From positions 1-33,243 of the forward strand of contig NW_021832904.1 in NCBI RefSeq assembly GCF_006345805.1: a stretch of DNA of 33,243 bases, written 5' to 3'. Origin of the DNA: Octopus sinensis. Its lineage: Eukaryota. The notes under the pieces are model-generated. The model was given only the letters and a program-made list of their open reading frames with translations. It had not been told where the DNA came from and did no database searches. Position 1 is the first letter of the stretch. The number at the start of each line of letters is the position of its first letter. The position numbers and the translations under genes are program-made. Below, in pieces: positions 1 through 11,174 of the stretch.

Positions 1-244
1 TAACTGCATACTTAAATCATTTTTTTAACTGAAATAATATAGGCACAATAAGATACCTTTATCTACAGGCTGAAACAGCTGTAAGATCCATTTATATGTA
101 ATAATTTTATGGTATTATCTTACTTATTGATGTATATTTTTTTATTGTTTTATTCTGTTGGATTTGGATGTCCTCCTATTTAATTAGTGTTAATAAATGA
201 TATGAATTGGTATTATCTGTAAGTTGATGATTCTTATTTGTATT

Positions 245-313
245 ATATACGTATATATATATATATGTATATATGTATGTATATATATATATATATATTA
301 ATCTATATATATA

Positions 314-359
<46 letters not shown>

Positions 360-360
360 A
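245..360. repeat. (TA)n/(TG)n microsatellite
   Basis: Direct reading. Confidence 0.95.
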
Positions 361-440
361 TAAAAAACATTACGTTATATAATTAGGGTTTAGTAAAAAA
401 AATTACTTTACCACACACCAAACTTTTAGAAATAGCAGCC

Positions 441-1145
441 AAAAAGTTTAGCTATTTCCTCTACTATAAGAAAAGTCTCCCAGACAATGTATACTCAAAA
501 TAATTCATGTAGGTGTAGAGGGGAAAAATAACGAAAGGTCACACGTACATCGATTACTTGAGAACGCCGTTTCTGGATTAGTTGGATATAGAGATCAACA
601 TTTCCGTCATCAGCCCAAGATTTCTTTAGGTTTGAATTTGAGGGCATTGAAAATCGGACATATCCGTCGGATATGAGTAATCCCAGACAAATCATCTTCG
701 ACTGCCAGTACTAACGAATTCAAAAAGTACGAATGGGGCTACACATCCTTCCCCGTCCACCCACGTGAGTTATAGAGCAACAAATCGCTACAGAGGGATC
801 TGCAGTTTATTATCAGGGAGAGAGAATTATATTGTCAATAATAAAAGGATAAAATTAATTAATTATTTAATATTAATTAAAAATTTTACCAAGTAGTGTT
901 TTACCAAGTGTGTAAAAAGACCATTTTTCGTTATTTTCCTCTATACCTACGTGAATTATTTTGAGTATACATTGTCTGGGAGACTTTCTTATAGTAGGGA
1001 AATAGCTAAACTTTTTTAGCTATTTCCTCTACTATAAGAAAAGTCTCCCAGACAATGTATACTCAAAAATAATTCACGTAGGTATAGAGGGAAAAATAAC
1101 GAAAAAATGGTCTTTTTACATACTGAACACTACTTGGTAAAATTA
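441..1145. mobile_element. Inverted-repeat element with three copies of a ~100-130 bp arm (forward 441-540, reverse 884-1015, forward 1016-1145); probably a Penelope-like terminal structure
   Basis: Arm TTAGCTATTTCCTCTACTATAAGAAAAGTCTCCCAGACAATGTATACTC... seen three times; contains a hammerhead-like motif; bordered by TA-rich microsatellites. The PLE assignment is inference. Confidence 0.6.
557..619 (-). ncRNA. Type I hammerhead ribozyme motif, intact core
   Basis: CTTGGG-CTGATGA-[C GGA...GTTGAT CTCTAT ATCCAAC...TCC A]-GAA-ACG G CGT-T-CTCAAG: 6-bp stem I, CUGAUGA and GAAA core, palindromic stem III, GUU site. Confidence 0.72.
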
Positions 1146-1200
1146 TTATTGACAATATATGTGTGTGTATATATGCATATGTATATATATATGTATATGT

Positions 1201-1428
1201 ATCATCATCATCATCATCATCATCATCGTTTAGCGTCCGCTTTCCATGCTAACATGGGTTGGACGGTTCAACTGGGGTCTGGGAAGCCAGAAGGCTGCAC
1301 CAGGCCCAGTTTGATCTGGCAATGTTTCTACGGCTGGATGCCCTTCCTAACGCCAACCACTCCATGAGTGTAGTGGGTGCTTTTTACGTGCCACCGGCAC
1401 AGGTGCCAGACGAGTCTGGCAAACGGCC
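1201..1428 (-). mobile_element. 5'-truncated RTE-type 3' UTR copy ending in (GAT)n
   Basis: Homologous to 6943-7060 and 16191-16377; (CAT)n on + is the microsatellite tail typical of RTE 3' ends; the 6943-7510 copy is linked to an RTE ORF end. Confidence 0.7.
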
Positions 1429-1462
<34 letters not shown>

Positions 1463-1512
1463 TTATATATATATGTGTGTATATATATATGTATATAGGC
1501 ACTATGCTATTC

Positions 1513-1551
1513 CAGATTGAAGACGAGCAATGACTCAGAAACTAGTCTCTG
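1513..1551 (+). ncRNA. Minimal type I hammerhead-like motif (C3U variant)
   Basis: CAGA-TTGAAGA-C GAG CAATGA CTC A-GAA-ACT AGT-C-TCTG: 4-bp stem I, palindromic stem III, GUC site. Confidence 0.55.
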
Positions 1552-1698
1552 AGTGATGGCTTAGCTGAGTGGAGGTGCTTATCTCCCCCTTCTAAACATA
1601 AGAACTCAGGAAATGCCTAAAAGCTGACAGGAAGCGGTGCTGCTTCCTAGGGCTAAATAGCAGTAGTATTATTTCCTTCATGGAACTGTCACATTAAG

Positions 1699-2775
1699 TT
1701 GACAGCATACAAGTACTTTCATCCCAAAAGTAGCGAAACGTCCCGCCTAAAAACAACACTGATGGAGATCGAAAAAAGGCTGCAACAATCCTATGTGAGG
1801 GAGAAAGCAGACAAAGAAGCCTGGCTTATAAAAAACATTAAGTCAAACCCAAAGGCCTTTTTTCATTACGTGAAAGAAACAACCTCAGAACGCTGCAATA
1901 TAGGACTCCTCTTCCAAAAGGATGGCTCCCTCACAGACAGGCCAACTAGGATCAGTGAGGTACTGAATGACCACTTCAAAAGTGCCTTCATCACCCCATT
2001 GGAACACAGACAAGTGAACGAATCAATGAATTTCTTTGCCAACTCACCTATAACCATTAAGGCAGTTACAATAGAATACACTGACATTAGCAAAGAAGAT
2101 ATACTATTAGCCATAGATGAAGTGGACACAAATTAAACTGCTGGTCCTGATGGTTTCTCAGCAATCCTCCTCAAAGCATGTAAGCATGCCCTGGCAAAAC
2201 CCTTCCAGATTCTCTTCCAGAGCTTTCTTACGAATGGCAAACTGCCAAGCAAGCTGAAGGAGGGAATAATATGCTCAATACATAAAGGGGGAAGTAGAGC
2301 AGATGCCAAAAACTACAGGCCTATCTCTCTGACTTCACACATCAGCAAAGTCAAGGAACAGATAGTCAGAAGGAAACTAATCGCATTCCTTTAAGAAAAA
2401 AACTTGCTGAGTGATACCCAAGATAGCTTTCAACCAGGTAGGAGCTGCCTGACCCAGCTCTTACAACATTATGAGGCAGTTACTCAACAACTCAAATGTA
2501 GATGTAATCTACCTTGATTTTGCAAAAGCTTTTGACAAGGTGGATCATGGTATGATATGCCACAACTGTGTGATCTCGGCATAGCTGGAAAACTTGGAGA
2601 ATGGTTACAGGACTTTCTGAAAGATAGGAGTCAGGCAGTTAATGGAGCCACCTCTATGAACAGACAAATAGTGAGCGGTGTCCACAGGCACTGTCTTGGG
2701 GACCACTGCTTTTTTTATAGTGGCCTTCTCATATACTCCCTCAAGTGCTCCCTCATATACTCCCTCAAGTGCCTA
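1699..2775 (+). mobile_element. Degraded CR1/L2-group LINE reverse transcriptase fragment
   Basis: KSNPKAFFHYVK, TAGPDG, KNYRPISLTSHISK, GRSCLTQLL, YLDFAKAFDKVDH and a frameshifted GVPQG.VLGP.LF; several stops and frameshifts. Confidence 0.9.
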
Positions 2776-2951
2776 AAGCTGGCAACATGATTACGATAAC
2801 GATTCTTAAATGAATCAACCGTCTGCCCAATGTAAACATAGGACCCTCGCCTTCTGTGCACGGTACATTTATATACATGATTTGCACTCATACAGAGGTT
2901 CATCAAAGGACATTTTGATTTATCCCTGCAAGAGCATTTATCTTTTGTTTT

Positions 2952-2955
<4 letters not shown>
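2775..2955 (-). mobile_element. Penelope-like GIY-YIG endonuclease fragment
   Basis: CSCRDKSKCPLMNLCMSANHVYKCTV...YVYIGQTVDSFKNRYRNHVASFR matches the PLE CxC...CPL...C...(V/I)Y...YIG.T...FK.RY.NH..SF pattern. Confidence 0.85.
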
Positions 2956-3005
<50 letters not shown>

Positions 3006-3019
3006 GGAATGTATAACAA

Positions 3020-3455
3020 AATATGGTGAAGTCAGAGTCAGTGGGAATTGATCCAAAAGCCATAGAAACTCTTGCATGAGACCGAGTTGAATGGCGAACA
3101 AAAATGCAGTGAAAGTTTTGAAGAACCAGGATGTCCCAATGAAAAGTAAAAAGAAATTCGAATAAAAATGTTATTATCAACGAGAATATGAATCTCAGCA
3201 ATTTTTTTCTGAGCAAAATCTCTGATATTTCTCTTGCTGGACTCAAATCTCATTTGCGGACCCTTGAACAACGAACCTCCACCAGCCATTCTGTCTATAC
3301 ATCAATGCCGTGTATGCTAGAAGGTCTGAAAATCTAAGGGAGGCCTCAAAACACATTTTAAGATCCACAAAGATCAGAACGTAAATGCAGCTCTTGCTGG
3401 TTCAAACTGGATATGCAATTTGGGTGAAAAGCAAAGTTTACAAAGTCACAAACAC
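3020..3455 (+). mobile_element. Degraded RTE LINE ORF C-terminus with C2H2 zinc-finger remnants
   Basis: VGIDPKAIETLA*DRVEWR, SLAGLKSHLRT, HQCRVC*KV*KSKGGLKTHFKIH across frameshifts. Confidence 0.6.
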
Positions 3456-3464
3456 ATAAATACA

Positions 3465-3677
3465 TACATACGTATGTATATATATATATAAGCCTAGTTG
3501 TCCGGATGTTTTGCGTTCTTGGCCAATCTTGTATTTTGTTATATATATGTATGTATATATATATATGTATGTATGTATATATGTGGGTGTCTATATACAT
3601 ATATATATGTATGTGTATATATATATATATGGGTGTCTATATACATATATATATGTATGTATGTATATATGCATATA

Positions 3678-3743
<66 letters not shown>

Positions 3744-3835
3744 GTGTCTATATACATATATGTGTATGAATGTGTGTGTGTATAGATAGACAGACAGACA
3801 GATAAATAAATAGATAGACAGACAGACAGACAGAT
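3465..3835. repeat. Compound (TA)n/(TATG)n/(GACA)n microsatellite tract
   Basis: Direct reading. Confidence 0.95.
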
Positions 3836-4147
3836 AGGAGCGCTCCGTCGGTTACGATGACGAGGGTACCAGCCGATTCGATCAACGGAACAGCCCGCTC
3901 GTGAAATTGACGTGCAAGTGGCTGAGTAATCCACAGACATGCCGACCCCTAACGTAGTTCTCAGAGAGATTCAGAGTGTGACAAGGCTGGCCCTTTGAAA
4001 TACAGGTACAACTCATTTTTGCCAGCTGAGTGGACTGGAGCAACGTGAAATGAAGTGTCTTGCTCAAGGACACAACGCGTCGCCGGGAATCGAACTCACG
4101 ACCTTACAATGTTGAGTCGAATGCCCCAACCACTAAGCCACGCGCCT
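3836..4147 (-). mobile_element. tRNA-derived CORE-type SINE sharing its 3' tail with 13016-13401
   Basis: Minus strand: A box TGGCTTAGTGG, B box GAGTTCGATTCCC, CORE-like CCTTGAGCAAGACACTT, tail ...TTCACGAGC.GGCTGTTCCGTTGATC...CGTAACCGACGGAG. Confidence 0.8.
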
Positions 4148-4514
4148 TCACTAAATATACACACACACATGCATACATACGATATATGTATACATATAAA
4201 CCTTTGCTTGAATAGAAGACACTTTCCCAAGGATAGAGGCAGTGTGATTGAACCCACGATCACATGGCTGGAAAACAAGATTCTTAACCATGCAGCCACG
4301 CTAGCGCCTGTTTTGTATATTCAATATTAAATCTTAAAATTTTAAACTTTTTTAGATGTATAAAGAATAGGATTATCCTAGCCGTAAATCGGGATTATCA
4401 TTTCTCTTAGGACGAAAGGTAAATTCAACGTTTGAAGGGCAATAACTCTTGTGTTGAGTATGAAGTATTACCTCCCTTTGCATTGTTAATTAAATTCCTT
4501 CGTTGAGACTGAAA

Positions 4515-4720
4515 GAGAAAGAAAGAGAGAGAGTGGGAGTGAGAGACAAAGAGAGAGAGGGAGGAGAAAGAGAGAGAGAGAGGGAGATGGATATGGACAG
4601 AGAGAGAAAAAGCTAGAAGGCAGGAACAGTGAGAGGAGGAGAGACAGGAGTGAGAGACAGACTGAGACAGATACAGTGAGAGAGAGAGAGACAGGGAGAA
4701 AAGAGAGAGAGAGAGATTAG
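4515..4720. repeat. (GA)n-rich polypurine tract
   Basis: Direct reading. Confidence 0.9.
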
Positions 4721-6309
4721 CATGTTTGTGTTTTCATCTTATAGGAATAGCAAGTGAGGGGCAGGTATTAGTTCTTCCGTCGTTGTCGACGATGACCAAA
4801 TGCATAAGAAGGGTGAAGAAGATGGGTAAAGGTGTGTCCGGTTGTTGCCGTCCTGTCCGATGCATTCTCCGCCCCACAGGTCGGGCAATGGTTGTCTGCT
4901 GGGTCTGAAGGCAAGAAGCTGGCTCTGGACCCGCATCATTCAAGCTTTCTTTGCCCTTGTAAATTATGTTCTAGGGTGCAAGGTGTATCTGGGTCAAGTA
5001 GTACCTCTGTCAGGGGAATATGTAGTACTCCTTGGAGTAGTCCGTCCGCTTTGGTCCTCCCGTGACTCCCACCTCTCACCTGTGGTTCATCAATGCTATC
5101 TGCATGCAACAGACTACACAACCCAGGCTCGCGGCTTCCACAGGCTGCGGCTAAACCATGGTAAGGGGTAGCACACGGCCTTTAACCATGGGTGGACTAG
5201 GGCTTGTCTATCTAAGGATGTGAACCGGTTGAGTGTGCTGAGGAAACCACTAGACAGGCTCACGGACCCGCAAACTTTGAAAAAAAATTTTGCATTATGT
5301 AGTGTTCTTTTAATGTGAACATTTTTCTGGTTGAAAATACACCGAAAAATGGCGACACAGAAGTAAAAAAATCGTAAAAAATAGGGATTTTCATAGAAAA
5401 AAGCACCTTTTTTATGTAAATAATTTTTGGTGTTAACATGTCCATGTTGTCCGATTTGGACATTTTTTCTTCTACGGAAGGAACGAGCAAGCCTTCTCTC
5501 TATATACTCTCATTTCGGTCAACTTGTGCTGCAGGGTCTCGGAGGAGATAGTGTTAGTTAAGGCTACCAAACCTGCGAACACAACAGACAACAGCTTATA
5601 TTTATAGAGATGTTGGGATTGTTGAGGTAAGTTATTTAAGAGTATTTTAACTGTTTGGGTTAAGTTGCGCGTTTAAAGTATTGCTCAACAATGGATCCAC
5701 ATTTCAGTTTACAGTGCTGCGCTGTTGACCGTGGGCCGCTTTGACTGGCTTGCGGGTGCATGGTACCATCCAAACGTGGCACAATGCCACGCTGTACTGC
5801 CGCTGTGCTGTGACGAAACAGCACTTAAACCGACAAGATCATGGATTGCTTACTGCCTGGCCCTGGCCCGTCCACTAAGCCACCTCTACACTCACGGAGT
5901 GGTTGTTGAGCGCACATCCACGCCTCTGACAACCGAGTCAGACTGGTCCTTGATCGTGCAGCTTCCACTGGCGTTCCAAGACCGTCCACGCAACCAAACG
6001 CACAGAAAGAACTGTTTAACGATTATAGCCGATGACTGCATGCGTCTTTCTTAGCTCCGCACAATGAGTAAACGCCATGAAGAACTGTTCTGCTTCTATA
6101 CTGCACGCCACAAAGGACAACACCTGCTTATACTTGTTGTCTAAACACCTTAGACAATATTGATGACAATGGTAGAATAAGGGATTAGGCTTACGAAGAT
6201 TAAGCCTGGTTGTCGATTTGTTCTACTGAAGGTGGTGCTCCAGCATGGCTGCTGTCAAATGGCTGAAACAAATAAAGTATATACATATGTGTGTGTGTGT
6301 GTATGTGTA

Positions 6310-6456
6310 TAGGCACAGGAGTGGCTGCGTGGTAAGTAGCTTGTTTACCAACCACATGGTTCGGGTTCAGTCCTACTGCGTGGCACCTTGGGCAAGTGTC
6401 TTCTACTCGAGCCAACAAAACCTTGTGAGTGGATACTGAAGAAAGCCCATAGTGTG

Positions 6457-6498
<42 letters not shown>

Positions 6499-6686
6499 CA
6501 CCATGATAGATCAGTCGCCGCTACACATCCTTCATTTTCTCTCCTTGTTTCTTTCTGTGTCCCTTTCTGTAGAAGAGCGTAGGCTCGAAACGTAAAAGAC
6601 TTTTTCTATTCCTGAGCGTTATACTAATACACATGCTTGTTTTGTACACCACTTGTCTTTTGTTTTTTTTGTGTGAATTCTCCCCC

Positions 6687-6720
<34 letters not shown>

Positions 6721-6918
6721 AGTCTGTGCTTGTTCCCCCAACATCACTTGACAACCGATGCTGGTGTGGTTACGTCCCCGTAACTTAGCGGTTCGGCAAA
6801 AGAGTCCAAAAGAATAAGTACTAGGCTTACAAAGAATAAACTCTGGGGTTGATTTGCTCAACTAAAGGCGGTGCTCCAGCATTGCCACAGTCAAATGACT
6901 GAAACAAGTAAAAGAGAG
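6310..6918 (+). mobile_element. tRNA/CORE SINE interrupted in its central microsatellite by an insert (about 6495-6690)
   Basis: Head GGAGTGGCTGCGTGGTAAG...GGGTTCAGTCC, CORE-like CCTTGGGCAAGTGTCTT, tail ...GGTGCTCCAGCATTGCCACAGTCAAATGACTGAAAC; tail-only copies at 6200-6275 and 22060-22265. Confidence 0.75.
6563..6598 (+). ncRNA. Degenerate minimal hammerhead-like motif
   Basis: CTTT-CTGTAGA-A-GAG CGTAGG CTC-GAA-ACGT-A-AAAG; core A6 replaced by T. Confidence 0.35.
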
Positions 6919-6942
6919 TATATATATATATATATATATATA

Positions 6943-7510
6943 TCATCATCATCGTTGTCGTCATTTAACGTCCGCTTCCCATGCTGGCATGGGTTGGACG
7001 GTTTGAGTGAGGGCTGGTGAGCCAGAAGACTGCAAGGCTCCACACCTGGAGGTTCAAAATCTCTACAGCTGGTGCCCTTCTAGTAACGACTTTCGCTGTG
7101 AGAGTGTGGATGCGGTTTACATGCTTTCTGAGTGTAGTCTGTAGCGAGTGCCACCTGCAGGACTTTATGGCAATGGCCGTCCTTATCACGTTTACATGCA
7201 ATCACCTGCATGGGAGCCAATCAGCGGCCCTGGCAACGATCACACTCAGATGGGGCTTCTAATGTTCCACAGACACGAGCGCCAATCGGGCGGAACTGTC
7301 ATCAGCTACATCAACGATTTTGATTTCACTTGCCTCAACAGATCTTCGCAAGCAAAGTATATTGTCCAATGAATGAGGGGTAGTCATAAGGGTGGGGGGC
7401 TGGTTACACCCACTGGAATAGGCCACGGCTTCTGGTCTCACTTGGTTTGTCGGGTCTTCTCAAGCATAGCATATCTCTAAAAGTCTCGGTCACTAGTTAT
7501 TGCCTCGGTG
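6943..7510 (-). mobile_element. RTE LINE 3' end: ORF end plus 3' UTR and (GAT)n tail
   Basis: Minus strand NIGPHRGNN/LGLTEAITSDRDF*RYAMLEKTRQTK* near 7500-7440 (RTE-type DR..WR terminus, degenerate), followed by UTR homologous to 1201-1428. Confidence 0.65.
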
Positions 7511-7827
7511 AGGCCCAATATTCGAAGAGTAATTAAAAATCTAACGAGACTCAAACACAGACAGAATTCAAGAGAGAATCAAAACAAGACAAAAAAATAA
7601 AATATTAAAAAAAAAACAAAAACAAAACAAACCAGTTTTTTTTTTTTTAAAAAAAGATCTTTACTTAGATTTGAACCTGTGGCCTGTTGCTGATGGTTCT
7701 TCTGGGTGACACAAAAGCTGCTGCTGCTGTTGTTAATGATGAAAGGAGGGGGGTGGAGTTGGAAGAGAGCAGAGGGGGGAGGGGGAAGAGGAGAGACCAA
7801 ACAAAGAAATTGTATAAATAAAATGGC

Positions 7828-7916
<89 letters not shown>

Positions 7917-7925
7917 ATAATAATA
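7828..7925. repeat. (AAT)n/(AGT)n microsatellite
   Basis: Direct reading. Confidence 0.95.
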
Positions 7926-7932
7926 GAAATCA

Positions 7933-8298
7933 TCTCTCTATATATAAACGGCAGTTTGTCTGTGTGCGTGTCTGTGTGTCTGTCAGGTGTACCCTCACCT
8001 GACCACGGCTTTCAACCGATTCTGATGAAACTTGACACACACATAGCCCAATGTCATAATTCAAAACTAACGCAGCGAAAATTTGAAAAGTTCCCCAGTT
8101 CTGAAAAAGATCGATAAATCGACATGGGGTCGACAATCAGAAACACAAACCACAGGGTCTAGGGAACGCAACTCGACCTTTTTAACTCTCAAAAAAATTT
8201 ACCATCATTTTTTCCCCATCTTTTGGGCTATAACTCTCTAAAAATGCTTTATAGTTATTTCCCTTACAAACCCGAGCAACGCCGGGCGATACTGCTAG
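7933..8298 (+). mobile_element. Non-autonomous Helitron
   Basis: A|TC 5' end, subterminal hairpin CCCG-AGCAACGC-CGGG (8271-8286), 3' CTAG|T; no TIR or TSD. Confidence 0.8.
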
Positions 8299-8400
8299 TT
8301 ATTATTAAAATTATTATTGTTGTTGTTATTGAAAAATGATATTTCTACTTCTAACACACACCTCCCACCCCAACACCACCACCACCAACCATTTAACACC

Positions 8401-8744
8401 TTATTCCACCACCACCACCATCATCATCATCATATAGCAATTATGTGCAGTGTTGTTGTTGTTGTTGTTGGTTGTGGTGGTGGTGGTGACGCAGTTGTCC
8501 TTATACAGAAGTGACAACAGCAACAACAACAACAGACTTAAAAGTACAAAAGAGAAGTGTGTGTGTGTGTGTGAGGGAGAGGGAGGGAGGGAGAGAGAAA
8601 GATGCAGAGGAAGTGATTGAGAGGTGAGAGATGTAGGGAGGAAAGGAAGGGGACGGTGGTGGTGGTGGTGGGAGATGGGAAAGGGGGGGGGTGAGATGTT
8701 GACATCCATCGGAGCCACACAGCAGACACTAGCACTCGTATTAG

Positions 8745-8784
<40 letters not shown>

Positions 8785-8939
8785 GAGGAGAGGAGAGAGA
8801 TCGACAGAAAGATGGAAGAAAGTACAGAGAGAGAGAGAGAGAGAGAGAGAGAATAATAAAAGAGGGGGAGAGTGAAAGAGAAGAAGAGGAAAGAAGAGGG
8901 GGTTAAAACAGGGGACGAAAGAGAGAAGATTGTGAAAAG
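8401..8939 (-). CDS. Candidate terminal KDM5 exon (low-complexity, speculative)
   Basis: Acceptor-like TTTGTCATTTTTTCAG at 8955-8940, phase 1 compatible with the 11174 donor, open to TAA at 8403-8401. The sequence is CT-rich microsatellite, where open frames are expected by chance. Confidence 0.2.
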
Positions 8940-9069
8940 CTGAAAAAATGACAAATTCGGCAGGTGGGAGGGGGCGGGGGGGAGGGAGAGCAATATAATG
9001 TTAGCAGTCTATATAAATATATTGGAGTGGTGGTTGGTGGTGGGGGGGAGGGCATCTGTGAAGTACTGG

Positions 9070-9105
<36 letters not shown>

Positions 9106-9199
9106 TGTGTGTATGAAGTCTCAGTGACACCACTTGTTATTGTTCATAGAAAGATGACTTTCTTGTTTGCTGGCTTGCTCACTTGCTTGGTTGATACGT

Positions 9200-9930
9200 C
9201 CATTGGCAGGTCAAAAGATTCATAAATTGGTAGATTGTTTCATTATCAGGTTGGAACATTGGTTCAGTGGCAAGTTGTTAGATTGGTTCATTTGGCAAGT
9301 TGTCAGATTGGTTCATTGGCAGGTCAGAAGTTTGGTTCATTAGCATGTTGGTATATTGGTTCATTGGTAGGTTGGTAAATTGGTTCATTGGCACGTTGGT
9401 ACATTGATTCATTGGCAGGTTGGTAGATTGGTTCATTGTCAGGTTGGTAAATTGGTTCATTGACAGATTGGTAAATTGGTTCATTGACAGGTTGGTAAAT
9501 TGGTTCATTGGCAGGTTGATAGATTGGTTCATTGGCAGGTCAGAAGATTGGTTCGTTAGCATGTTGGTATATTGGTTCATTGGTAGGTTGGTAAATTGGT
9601 TCATTGGCAGGTTGGTACATTGATTAATTGGTAGGTTGGTTCATTGGCAGGTTGGTAAATTGGTTCATTGGCAGGTTGGTAAATTGGTTCATTGGCAGGT
9701 TGGTCGATTGGTTCATTGGCAGGTTGATAGATTGGTTCATTGGCAGGTTGATAGATTGGTTCATTGGCAGGTTGATAGATTGGTTCATTGGCAGGTTGAT
9801 AGATTGGTTCATTGGCAGGTTGATAGATTGGTTCATTGGCAGGTTGGAAGATTGGTTCATTGGCAGGTTGGAAGATTGGTTCATTGGCAGGTCGGAAGAT
9901 TGGTTCATTGGCAGGTCGGAAGATTGGTTG
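9200..9930. repeat. 24-bp minisatellite (ATTGGTTCATTGGCAGGTTGATAG), about 28-30 units
   Basis: Direct reading; the 8-aa periodic ORFs on both strands are its translation. Confidence 0.95.
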
Positions 9931-10654
9931 ATTTCAAAGAGAAAGAGAAAAAAATTTTTTGAATTTTTAATGGACTGAAATCATTTTCCGTTAAGCGTAA
10001 CAGAAAATACCCCATAATCATTTAGGTCCCTAAGATTTGGCATGAAATCCTGCAAAAAGTACCTTGAACCCATTCCAAAGTGCAGCTCCACAAAATGGGG
10101 GTCAATTGTATAAATATCGATTCCCCTAAACTTTCAGGTTTGGACTCATTGCTCAACAAATGCTTAACAACATTTCATCTGTCTTTATGTTCTGAGTTCA
10201 AACTCCACTGAGATCCACATTGCCTTTCAGGGTCAATGAAATAAATACCAGTTGAGCAATGGATCTCGTGGCAAGTGACTATCCCCCCCGCCCCCCCCCC
10301 ACCCCATAAAATTTCAGGCCTTATGCCAAACTTACAATTATCAATTATCCTCGGAAAAAATATTAGTAGATGGGTGGGGGGTGGATCAATAAAATCATAG
10401 GAATATCAAACAAAACTGCTTACAGGATTTATTTCAACTCTCTACATTCTGGGTTCAAATCCTGCTGCACTTAACTTATCCTTGCCCCCACCCCCCACTC
10501 CACCAGGGTCGATAAAATAAAGTATCAGTTAAATACCGGGATTAATGTATTTGAATAAACCTTTTCCAACTAAAATTGCTGAGCGGGAGGTATCAATGCG
10601 CTTTGGTTGCTATTACCAGCACAGACTGACCTAGCAGACTCCTTTGTCCACTTA

Positions 10655-11055
10655 CCTATTTCTTTACTACCCACAGAGGTGACAAACAAGGACAGGCAAA
10701 TGGATTAAGTCAATTATATCGACCCCAGTGCATAACTGGTACTTATTTAATCGACCCCGAAAGGATGAAAGGCAAAGTCGACCTCGGCGGAATTTGAACT
10801 CAGAACGTAACAGCAGACGAAATACCTATTTCTTTACTACCCACAAGGGGCTAAACACAGAAAGGACAAACAAGGACAGGCAAATGGATTAAGTCGATTA
10901 TATCGACCCCAGTGCGTAACTGGTACTTATTTAATCGACCCCGATAGAATAGAAAGGCAAAGTCGACCTCGGCGGAATTTGAACTCAGAACGTAGCGGCA
11001 GACGAAATACTGCTAAGCATTTCGCCCGGCGTGCTAACGATTCTGCCAACTCGCC
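10655..11055 (-). mobile_element. SINE family A, head-to-tail dimer
   Basis: tRNA-like head ...GGCAGAATCGTTAGCACG...GAGTTCAAATTCC on minus; body repeated with junction GACGAAATAC|CTATTTC at about 10825. Confidence 0.85.
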
Positions 11056-11174
11056 GTCTTACCACCGTCATCATCATCATCACACAGGCACACCATCCTC
11101 AGTCAACCCCCTCACGCCCCTGCGACTCACCCCCCCCGACAAAAATCTGCAAAATATAATTTGTTTTATCTTAC

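Noticed and set aside
48-86. Possible fifth hammerhead (CCT..AGG stem, GAAACAGCTGTA palindromic stem III)
   Set aside because: Only the 3' half is recognisable; no CUGANGA core or stem I partner.
4760-6110. GC-richer stretches with faint LINE-endonuclease-like and Tc1-like peptide hints
   Set aside because: Too degenerate to assign by eye; needs a tblastn/HMM search.
8018-8035. CTGATGAAAC as a hammerhead core
   Set aside because: No stem II between CUGAUGA and GAAA and no stem I/III; it is Helitron interior.
9278-9978. MNQSTNLP / RLVNWFIG periodic ORFs as a coding exon
   Set aside because: The unit is a multiple of 3, so frames stay open on both strands; frameshifts at about 9615 and 9290 and no AG after the pyrimidine tract at 9935-9960.
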